Below are positions 33,372-44,430 of a DNA stretch of 64,000 bases, in pieces (within the stretch, counting starts at the first letter, position 1; every line of letters begins with the position of its first letter). The stretch is from Vitrella brassicaformis CCMP3155. Its lineage: Eukaryota > Protista > Chromerida. Location of the stretch: NCBI GenBank assembly GCA_001179505.1, contig CDMY01000246.1:1-64000 (forward strand), written 5' to 3'. Made by a program: the position numbers and the translations under genes. Below the pieces are notes generated by a model. The model made no database searches. It saw only the letters and a program-made list of their open reading frames with translations, and had not been told where the DNA came from.

Positions 33372-35391
33372 TCAATTTCTTGGTTTGACCTCCATCCCCA
33401 TGTTGGGGATGCGGTCGTCGCCCACGATGCGGCCCTTGCTGTCCACCCTCTGAGACTTGAAGCCGGTCCGCGGCACCGGGAACAGAATGTGGGTGACGCC
33501 GCGGTAGTAAAAGGGCGTGGGCGGAGGCTGACGGTCGGGCGCTGCCGGCTCGCCCGTCGACTTGTGCACCTGCACCACACAAGGAGGGTGTGTGTTCCCT
33601 GCTTGTTGTTGGTCGTTGGTTGTGTGTGCGGGTCTTACGAGGAATGGGTTTGGTTTGAGGCATCTTGCTGGTCTCCACATGAAGCGGCGAATCGAGTTGC
33701 GGTACATGACCCCCATCCGACGGGTCACCGAGTGGTGCTGACAACGGACAGCATTCAACGACACATAGAGTGTGTGTGTATCGAGGCAAAATCTCGACTC
33801 TGCTCACCCGTTTGAATGAGATCTTCTCCTTGCGTCTGTTGCCCTCTTGGAAGAACTTCTTGGCAGGGATCTCCAGCACACGCTTGGTCTTGTCCGTGTG
33901 ATACGTCTCGTAAGGCACCAACTGACACACATGACACATACACCAACAACATTCGATGATGCTGTCTTGCAGGCAGGCAAATCGCTGTCTCTTCCCCCCA
34001 CCTGTCTCTCAGGCACCCACTGCTCGGCCAGGTCATCTAGAGCTTCTTTCAGAGCCCTGGCAGTGTTCGCGTCCTTGTCGCAGAAAATGACCTTCTCGAG
34101 CGTGTATCGGGGGCTCTCGGCCTCAACCTGCACACACAGCAGATCAAATGAACGTGTTTGTGTCTGCCTGTGTCAACCACTGACGCGTACCTGCAGTAGT
34201 GCCTCCATGACCTCTTCCATGAGGATGTGTGTGTGGCGCGCGGGCTGGTAGCCATAGAGGCCACAGCCGATGTGGGGGAGGCAGAGGGTGCTGATGAAGG
34301 GCAGCTCTGAGGTCACTTGCGAGAGGGCCTTCTTGATAGTGTACCGCAGTCGCCTCGCAGCGTCAGTGGGGCCACCCTCTGCACACACTCACACCGACAC
34401 CAGCAACAGACAACGTCCGATGGGTCGTCAGCTGCTGACGTGACGCCGTGTGTGTTGGTTGCTTACGCCAGTAGTAGGGCATGACGCAGAAGAGCAGCAG
34501 CTGGCTCCTGCCCACACCATGGCTCGCTGTCACAAACACCTGGCCTGGACAACGGCACCACACACATCAATGGATGGATACGCGCGTGACTTGAAACCGG
34601 TCAGTTTGCCGTCTGACTCACCGATTTCGACATCAGCGGCGAGTTGCATGTGCGATGCGGGGTCGACCTGCTGGCCCTCCTGCTTGGCCTTCTCCTCGCG
34701 TCTCTTGAACTCCTTGAGGATGTACTGGTTCTTGACCTGGTAGAAGGCATCCCGCACCAGCTTCTTCCCGCCACGATCAAACACCTCCAAACCTTAATGG
34801 GAGGCAGGCACAACACAGCACAGATGAAGACCCATGTGCACCCTCCTATGCACCCTCTTGTGTTTTGTGTGTTGTTTCCCGCTCACTGAATCCGCGATAG
34901 GGGAGGAAGTTGGGCACCATCGGGACGAGTATAGCGTCAGCCTCACACTCAAAGATATCCCCATGCACCACTGACATCTTGCCGAAAGGCTCCAGGTCCA
35001 GATCGTTGATGAGTCCCTCATACTTGGTGGTCCGCAAGGCCTCCAGCAGCACCCCCTCGCCCACACCCTCTTCCCCGCTGACGGCCGCATCTTTCTTCTC
35101 CTGCTCCTCTATCTCCTTCTTCAGAGCGTTCGGCATGAACCGGGCGTTGATGCGCTCGTAGGTGTAGCGACTCTTGAGGTCGGGCTCCCGCCGCGTCATG
35201 TCCTTGGGATGTGCGAAGCGCTTGAGGTACTCTGACGTCTGCAGCAGCGCCCTCTCATAGGTCTTCTCGACCTTGGCCTTCTGATAAGAGCCGAAGCGGC
35301 GCCGCTGATGAGTCAGATGAGGCGGTGCAGATACAGATGAAGCCGCCACTGGTGCGCTCCAGGGGACGACTGGAGGCGCCCGACGAAGCAT
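33372..35391 (-). CDS. Macro-domain-containing protein with putative mitochondrial presequence and basic C-terminal extension, multi-exon
   Basis: Presequence MLRRAPP...QRRRF|GSY. Macro-fold motifs MSVVHGDIFECEADAILVP and TLCLPHIGCGLYGY, plus LEKVIFCD. Arg/Pro-rich C-terminus (RRMGVMYRNSIRRFMWRPARCLKPNPFL). Confidence 0.75.
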
Positions 35392-35513
35392 TCTGCAGAT
35401 CCTGGTGCAATGCTGGAGATCGACTGCCAGTGCGAGCTCAAAATCATCAGCTGCTCCTTCGTTCGCAGTTTCGTCCTCCCCGCCGGTAGTTCACATCGTA
35501 CGAAGCTCTTGCA
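35392..35513. promoter_or_regulatory. Inferred bidirectional promoter/5'UTR region between the macro-domain gene and MCU (122 bp between ATGs)
   Basis: Two divergent ATGs at 35391 (-) and 35514 (+). No specific motif was identified. Confidence 0.5.
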
Positions 35514-37056
35514 ATGAATTCGTTCGCTCGTCAGCTCTTCCGCAGCCTCAAAAGAATGCCCCATTCATGCAGGCCCCACCAGACGTGGCAAGGCCATCCG
35601 GCCTATCTCACGGCTTTCCTCGGCTCTCGAGGCTTTGCATCGACCACACAGAAGTTCATACCGCCCCTCAGTAAGCACACGTGGTCATCTATGGTCAGAC
35701 AGATGACTGCTTGACAATGTCTCTCCCTGCCTGTCTGTCTGTCTGTCTGCCCGTCGTCGTTGTAGGTGTCCAGCTGGCGTTCAAGGATGGGCGTGATCCC
35801 GTCATTCAGTTCGTGTTCGACACGACGGTCGCACAGCAGCCCATCATGGTGCCAATCGCCAACAAGACCGTCGGCACACTCAGCAAAACCCTGGGAGAGC
35901 TGCCCTCCTCGCCCGACAAAGTCGACATCCACAGCCCCGACGGCCTGCCTCTCGCCCCGCACACACCACTGGATCAGCTTGTCAAGACCGGCCTCTTGGT
36001 GTCTTTCCCTGACGGCAGCACCTTCCCAGTGCCGCCACTCATCCTCCATGTCTTCCCTCCCCGTGTGGCTGACGACAATGCAGCAGAGCTGCCCGCACCA
36101 TCGGCAGGTCTGGAGGCCAGGGCCATGACGGATGTCGACTATCTGAAGGTGCAGGCGAGGGCAAAAGCGTTGGTGCCCGTCAGCTCGATGGTCGAAAGGC
36201 TGCGGACGGCTGTCTCTTCGGTGGCCAAGGTGCCGGCCACATCTGGTGAGCTGGAGCGGGCTATCGAAAGCGCATTGGTGGCCGAGAGGGCCGAGAGGGC
36301 TGCAGCCATTCACCAGCTGAGGAATGAGGCCCGAACTCTGCGGAACACTCTCGACCCGATGAGGGAGCTAAAAGTGAGCGAGACACTCACATGTGCATGA
36401 GCACGGATCCCATCTTTCCTTGCTTTTTCAGAATCGCCTTGACAGACAGGCGACATGGACTGTTGGTCTCTGGGCGTGGGGTTCGGTGGCTTTTTTCTCG
36501 CTGGAGTTCACGGGCATCGCATACGGCACATTTTGGTTGTACAACTGGTCGGGCGAGAGACAGATAGATAGATGCACCTGAAAATGAAGACAGATGGGGA
36601 AGATGGGCATGTGCTGCTGCTGCGTGTGTGTGTGCAGGGATATCATGGAGCCCCTGACATATCTGCTGGGCTTCTTCGATGCCGTGGCTGCATACACCTT
36701 TTATGCATTTGTGCGGACCGATTACTCTGCGGGGTCGTTCATCGATGCAGTAGTGGCACGGAAACGGAGGAGGCTTTACAGGTCGGAGGGCTTTGCATAT
36801 GTAGGTTCCTGCCTGTCTGTGGATGCATGGACGTGTGTCTCTCAGGCGCCACAAGTTGGATTTGACAAGTTTTGAGGGCCTCGAGATGCAGCTGCGACAG
36901 GTGGAGCTGCAGCTGCAGGTAGCTGAGACACACGTTTTCGCATGCCTGGTGATCGAGTGCTCTGTATGTCTTTGATGGCACTCATTGCTTGTGCAGGCAC
37001 TGAGAGACACAAATCGCCTCGAGATGGATGCATTTGAAGACAAGAAGACGAAATGA
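35514..37056 (+). CDS. MCU: Mitochondrial calcium uniporter pore subunit, multi-exon
   Basis: Presequence MNSFARQLFRSLKR...RGF|AS. Coiled coil (IHQLRNEARTLRNTLDPMRELK|NRLDRQA). TM1 WAWGSVAFFSLEFTGIAYGTFWLYN, then the signature W|DIMEP assembled across an intron (tg|gtcggg...tgcag|g gat atc atg gag ccc). TM2 LTYLLGFFDAVAAYTFYAF, followed by a C-terminal coiled coil. Confidence 0.9.
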
Positions 37057-37221
37057 GTCAGACAGGGCCGCATGTGGCTCTGTGGCTAAGGAATGTGTGT
37101 GAGTGTGTGTGAGGGGGCGGGAAGGAGGCGGGAAGGCGGATCAATTTTGCATGCCTGCATGAAGAGCATTCATGGCTGGCTGCATGTGCGAGACGTCAAG
37201 TCTTTGCATGTTTGACTGCGG

Positions 37222-37288
37222 CCCCGACTCACCACACTATATAGTGCACGCTACGATATATCCACATGCGTGCATCGATGAGTCGGGG
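37222..37288. other. Compact nested inverted-repeat element downstream of MCU
   Basis: Outer 10-bp inverted repeat CCCCGACTCA/TGAGTCGGGG encloses the palindrome CACTATATAGTG and the inverted pair TGCACGC/GCGTGCA. Confidence 0.5.
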
Positions 37289-37833
37289 TACCCGTCCCAA
37301 AGCCCCTGTCTCATTCCCTTCCTTCGTAGACTGACTGCAGCAATGTGTTGATATCACAAGAAGGCGAGGCTGCTGCTGCAAGACTGAGCGCGTGGCTGGC
37401 TAGCTGGTGCTCCTCTCTCTCTCTCTCTCTGCTCTCTCCCCCCTCTCTCTCTCTGCGATTGGGAGCCATGTACCTACGCACAGGCAGAATGCGCATAGAC
37501 ACATCGCTTCGGCAAGCCGCGAGAGAGAGGGAGAGAGAGGGAGAGAGATGGGGCGGGGGTTGGGCAAGCATGGCTGTGGACTAGCTGCTTCATACTGCAC
37601 GCAATCAAATACACTTCCCAGCCCCAAGGCAAGGCAGCACGTCGCACATCATCATGCATCAATGACACAAATAGCACCGGACCTAAGGCATCATCTACTC
37701 TACGGCACTCTGCTCTTCTGCTGCTGCTATGGTGTGTGCATGATGGACCGCAAAATTTGGCTCTGCCCCTCCCTCTTTCCCTTGCCCTCCCCTCAAAGGC
37801 CAGTGAAAGAGTGAGTGACTGATTCTTGCCTCC

Positions 37834-40800
37834 TTATGGGTATCCTCCTCCTCCATAGGGACGCCGGCCGTGCGGCTCGCCGCGATTGACGGAGCCGTGG
37901 CGGCTCTCCACCTCACAGTCACCATACCCACCGTACCCCCCGTCGATCCCCTCCCCCTGTCCACCCATCAGGCGACGGGCACGATCGGTGTTGCGATAGA
38001 CGTGCTGGTGGTAGTGGTTGTGGCTGTGGAAGTGCTCGGATGGACGGTCCTGCGCCAACCTCGCGCGAAGCTCCGCATTCTGCACGCACACACAAATCCA
38101 AGAGGACATGTGAGTGAGGAGAGGAGAGCAGGTGGATTGTGTGCCCTCTGCCTGACGTACCTCCTGCATCAGTTGGTGCATGCGCATGCTCGTCTCTGTC
38201 GGAGGGACGACACTAATGTGGATGTTGGCGTTGTTGTTGTTGCCCCCATCCTGGCCTCGCTGCTGTCCCCCTCGCCCGCCAGGGTTTCCCCCCACATACC
38301 GATCAGCAGCCAGGCCCTGCTCAATCGCCCCCCGTGCTCGGTCGTCACGCTGCATGTCACGATGTCGGTCGGCCTCCATGAGGTAGCGATTGTCTCGGCG
38401 GTCGTTGCCTGCATTGATGCCGGGCACACGGCGCGGCAGGCGGGGCGGTGTTGGCGAACGGTGGCTGGAGAGCGATGGGCTGCGGGGACGGTGTTGCTGC
38501 GGCAGACGGCCTCTCACGGGTGAAAGGGGACGGCTGCTGCCAGAGTAGCGGCCCTCACGGCCACGCGGCATCGGTGGATGGGCCAGATCATCCATCCGGC
38601 CATGCCTACCGGCACCACGAGACGACTCACGAGACAAGGACGAGGCCGCGAGGTCGTGTCTGCGGAGGCCGGGTGTGTGACGAGGGGGGAATGCGATGCG
38701 GTCAAGATGGCCGGTGTTGCGGTACGTGCGGTCGCCTCGATTGTCATCATAATCACGCCCACGGTGGTCGTGCTCGCGGCGCTCCGGCCCCTCCAGCTGT
38801 CTCAGGCCGTCCCCCCGGCCCCCTCCCATCCTGTACCCCCGCCTCTCATGTCGCTCTTGTCTGCGGAGGGGTAGGGGCGACTCGTCCTGACGGTCCACAT
38901 GCAACTGGCCGCGCGTGCTCGGGCGCATGGCTGCGCGGCTGACAGACGGGCCGTCGAGAGAGGTGGGCCAATCTGAGGGAGAGATGGCCGGCTGGTGGCC
39001 CCCCAATCGCCCATCACCGTCACGGTCGCGGGCGACGCCAATATCATGGTCCAGACGGGTGTCCGCAAAGGTGTTGGCCGCAGGCCGGCTGGCGCTGAGA
39101 CGCGGTGGTGCGGGAGTCCTTGCTGGCGTGACTTGGGCAAGAGAGGGACTGGGCTCCTCCACTGGCTGCGGGGCCACAGAGAGAGAGCCTGGTTGACGAT
39201 CGTGGGCAGCGGGGCTCTCAGGCACCGACACGAGCGAGATGGGGGACGGCGGATGAGGTTGGTTTCGGCTCTCCTGCGACGGGGGCGGTGCGACAGACGG
39301 CGGCTGCTGGATGGACCGCTGTGATGTCATCGACGGCAAGACACTCTGCCATGCCTGCTCGAACTCGGGGGTACCAACCACACCAGATCGCGGGGCAGCT
39401 GGCGCTGGTGACGAACCGCCCAACCCGTTGCCGTTGCTGCCAGCAATGAGGGACTGCCAGAGATCCTCATCCTGGAATTGTGGGGCTGCTGATGACGCCT
39501 GAGACACCGTGCGGGTGGGCTGGGAGGGGGGCTGACCCTGAGCAGAGGGCAGGCCACCAACCGATCTGCCCAGATGAGTGCGGACAGCCTGCTGCAGCAC
39601 GCTCGTGTTGGGGCGTCGGGCTACTCGGGTGCTGACGGCGTCTCCGTCGACAGTGGGGCGATGCTGCACCTGGGCATGGGCAGCAGCACCAGCAGCAGCA
39701 GATACTTGTCGGGCCACAGGTGATGGGTTGGCCCTCTGCAGCGACGCAAAAGGCGTGTGCTGCGGCCCCGGCTGTTGCTTGGGGGCTGGGACCACCGAAG
39801 GACGTCCAGCCGGTGCAGCAGATGAGGTGCTCGGCCGCGGACCGCTGGGGCGCTGCTGCTGCTGCTGCTGCTGGTGGCCTCGCTGGTGAGTGTTGGGGAC
39901 ACGTGGCTGTGGCTGTGGCCGTGGGTCGGGAGGGCCGAGTGGCTTCAGCCTCCGGATGGGCGTGGTAAGCTGGCCGGGCGACAGTTGGCTGGTGGCTGTG
40001 GTGATCATGTGATGGAGCCGGGAGACCTCGAGTGAATCGTAGTGGCAGCCAAACAGGGGCAGGGAGGCGTCGGAGGTATCTGACAGACACACACGACCAA
40101 CCAGCCAACAATGAGACACGAGGGTAGTGGAGCCGCAACGATCGGCCTGGCTCGTGCTCATGGTTCACCTGATATGACGTCTGGAGGCGTGACGGTGTCG
40201 TCCATGAGTGCGTTCGACAACTGAGGCCGCTTGGCGTGGGGGTAGCTTCTGAGAGAAGACGGTGAGGTGAGACAGACCAGATAGTGCTGCGTGTGCTGGT
40301 TGGTCGCTGTGTGTGTGGATGTGTACGCACCTGTAGAAGTGGATGTAGCGGTCCTGCAGCTGCAGAAGCTCGGCACCAAAGATGGCTGCACCGAGCCATC
40401 CATTCATCCATCCATCCAGACGTCGATGACTCCATGCTTGTCTTTGCTCACTCACCCCAGGGGAAGCTCAGAAACGACTCAAATGCTACGTTGCCACCCG
40501 ACATGCGACACGAACTGCACACACACACACGGTGCAGCCAACAAGCCAGCCGGTCACCAGTGCAGTCTTGCGCCTTACCGATACTGCTCGTATGCGGCGA
40601 TGTACGCGGCGGATGCGAGCGCCACCTGTTGCTGCTGATCGACGCCGCCATCTGCAGCCGATGGCACGATGCGCAGCAGGTTGGCACTCGTCAACTCGAT
40701 CAACTTGCGCACTTCAAACGTCATCTGACATCCAGAGATGAGAGGGCGTGTGGTTGTGTGTGGGTGCGGTGCTTTCTGTGTGTGGGATGTGGGTACCCTT

Positions 40801-43800
40801 GAGGCGACGTCTTTGTCCTTCCGGCTTCGCTGTCGGTCCCTGTCGGTGGCGCGTACGATGCCCGTCAGCAGCTCTGACTCATCCGTCACACCATACTGAG
40901 TCCGCAACGTCTTCAACTGGACCATCACATACACACACATGCAAAGAGAGACGGTGCATGGCATGAGACCCCACTGCCCTCAGCCAGTCCGTCCGTCTGC
41001 CTTTGTGCGTGCGCCACCCACCGAGTTGATCCATTTCGTGTTCTCCTCCGCCATCTGGCGGACATAGCGTCCCGCATCGCGGTGCAGGAACTTGGGTTCC
41101 AACACCCCCAGAGGGACGGGCTGGTCAGCCTGCCAGCGCCACAGCTTGGCCTCCTCGTCGTCCTCGCCGTCGCAGACCTCCTCAGACGCACTGCTGCCGC
41201 ATGAACCGCCCCCACTGTCAAAGAACACGTCGCGAAGCACCATTCGACCACCGAGCGGCTGCATCTGGCTCGGGCGCTGCTCGCTGCCGCTCAGACGAGC
41301 CAGCGCCAATGATGTGTAGGCCCGGGCCACAGCGCCAATGTCCGACACAGCACAGGTTGACCCGCACTCGAGCTGGCCGGCTCATCCTCGCCTTCTCGCT
41401 CCAGCTGTTGATTCTCTGCCTCTTGGTCATCTGCCGCATCCTCATCGATCATGTGTGTGGCGTGGCGGGGGATGGGCCGATTGTGGTAGGGCTGGGGGGA
41501 GGGGCCGCCAGACGATGGCGACGGGGACACGGGGCCCCGGCCCCTGGCAAAGGAGTGGTTGCGGTTGGGTGGCTGCCGTGGCGTCTTGTTGAGTGGTGTA
41601 GGACGCTTGAAGATGCTGCCGTCGCCGGCCACATGGCGCCAGGGCTTGATGAAGTGGAGGACGGCATCGAGCGATCGGAGAGACACGGAGTATGAGGTGG
41701 GCTTGTTCTCGGCGGGCTGCTCAGCGGGGTTGATGGCAGGCTCACTGCCGCACAGACAAATAGCGCATAACGATCCAGGTGTGTTGGCCTTGAACATCCT
41801 TCAGCCCTTACCGAACGTTTCGGTGGTTTAGTCTGTGTCGAATTGGGGTGATGCGCTCGATGGGGTACAGCGGGGATGCCTCGCCGGAACGCGCCGCCTG
41901 CTGCAGGTGGTCGAGGGGGCTCCCCGCCAGGCTCGTCAGGATGTAGTCCTTGAGCTCGTCCTGCGGCCAGCCAATACACAGACACCAACGACCACACTGA
42001 ATGAACCACATTGTGGATGGATGGACACCTAACCCAACGACTCTGACCGACCTGGCTCCATTGCCAATCGAACACCGATATCTCGTACCTGCGGCCAGAC
42101 CCACACGCACACACACACACACATACACACACACACACACACACGAGGCCGTACGGTGCTGCCTGTAGGTCCCCTCTGTCTGTCTATCTGTCTCTGTGTG
42201 TGTGTGGATTGGTGCATTCATAAGGTCTGAGATAGAACTGCTCGAAGTGAGCCACAGCATCGGGCGCAGGGGGGCTGCTCTCGTCGCCCGACGCCCGACG
42301 CCCTTGGTCGGGCCAAGGGTTCAACGGGCCGACCAAGCCGGCCAGCAGCGGGTCGTCGGCACTGTGCTGCGCCCAGTGGCGGTCGAAGGCGTCGGCAATC
42401 GCCTCGCTCTGCGAAAATCCAGCGATCCACCCACACACACACACAGACAGAGGGAAATGGATGGATGGATGGATGGAGGCATTGCGCGTGTTGTGTTTGT
42501 CTTGCCTCAAACAAGATGTGAAGAGATGAGGTTGGGGCGGTGCCCCTCCCACGCTCAGAGGGGAGGGCGAGGACATCCACCACGCCGTCACTCGTGACGA
42601 CCCCGAGGGCCAGCGACTGCAGGAATCTCCTAATGGCGGCCATCTGGTCGGCAAGGAAGCCCTTGTTGTAGAAGTCTGCACGCTCGCCGTTCTCTGAATG
42701 AATCCCACCCACATCCCACACACACACACACACACAGGTGCATCGCATCATGTGATGTGCTCTAGTTGGCTGGTTGCTTGGTCGGTACGGTACCGGGGTA
42801 GTTGACGCCGTGCAGTCCTTCGATGCGCCTCATGCGTCCGAAGACAGGCGGGCCGAACAGCTTCTCCTCTCTGCTGTTGTCCTTGCCGTACTCGTGGGAC
42901 AGCGACGACATGCGGTTCTCGTAGGCCTGGATGTAGGGGTCCTCCACTGATGGATGGATGGATGGACACACACACACACACACACAGGCAGCACACACAA
43001 CGGTTGGTGTGTTATGGGCTTGCCTTCCTCCCTCCCTACCTCCTTCCCTCCCTCCCTCCCTGTGCCTCACCGTAGTCGACGCGGACAAAGTGGTGCTGTC
43101 TGCCGTCCTTCTCCCTCACACCCATCAGCCGTCGCCCGTTGCCGCCACACTCCATGTGCAACGCACTGACACAACAACAACAACAACAACCACAACAACC
43201 ACACCAGTGAGTAGCACATACCGTCATCGAGTAATGGATGGATGGATGGGTGGGTGGATGGATGTGTGAATGCGGTCAGGCTGCCGCTCACGTACGTCAT
43301 GAAGGCCCTGGCGGTCTTCTCGTCGACGAAGCGCACCATCACGCTCATCCTGCCCACGCCCACGTCGAGCTCCTGCAGAAACTGGGTCGTCGGCTGCACA
43401 CACACATGGGCGCACACACGAAAAACAGGCATGAAGTGGGTGTGTGAGCGCGGCTTGTGTGGGCATCTGTTGTGTGTGTGTGTGTGTGTGTGTGTGCCGA
43501 CGTACTATGACAGGCCCAACGACATGGGGGCCTGGGTAGCCGAGAAGAAGCGCGGCTTTGACATCCACCTGTTTTCTGCAGTAAGAGAGAACGCACAGCC
43601 ATCCAGCCCTCCATCCAGCCATCCAGCCAGCGCACACACATACAGTCTCTATCTTTCACTCTCTCTCTCACTCACTCTAGGTCTGTGACGGTGACGCCCC
43701 TCGTGAAGCGCACGCCTTGGCCGTTGTCGAACTCGCGACAAAACAGCACATCCTTGAGCAACACGGTGTCACGGTACACTGCGCAAACCAACCAAACCAC

Positions 43801-44397
43801 AGGTGCGAGAAGCCTGTTCTCCCTCCCTCCCTCCCTGCGTCCCTCTCCAACGTACGTGTGGGCGCGGCGGTCTTGTACTTGTCCTCGACATCGATGTAGT
43901 TGGGCGGGGAGGGGGCCGAGGGGTCGCTGAGGCTGCCGTTGGTGAGCCTGCACTGCACCTGGAACTGGACGGCCTCGACGTGCAGCGGAATGCACAGCTT
44001 GGCGGTGGTGGCGGAGCTGTGGGTGTTGTGCACCAGGTCCTTGAACCGCACGGTGCACTTCCGCAGCTGGTCGCACACGTGATGGCGATCCATGTGCTCA
44101 GGGCTGATGTTCACACAGCACACATAAACACACACACACACACGGACAGGGAGCGATGAATGGATGGATGGAGTGTGGTGTGGTGTTTGTTGGCTCACTC
44201 AGGGAGGTATCGCCATTTGATGATGTGGCCTTCAACGAGGCCTGTGAGTGTGCAGGGCAGGACCCACCGCAGCTGCACCAGCCGCCACATCGGCTGCCCG
44301 TCGGCGTCTGTGCGCACCTCCACACCATCCACCACCTCCACGCGCATCGGGCAACGCTCATCTGCAACAGGACACACACCCACAAGAGCCTCCGTGC

Positions 44398-44430
<33 letters not shown>

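Noticed and set aside
37834-40161. 775-aa ORF as an independent gene
   Set aside because: Its first ~25 codons are intron-like sequence, and in-frame GT-AG exons connect it to the RdRP C-terminus. It is treated as the RdRP tail.
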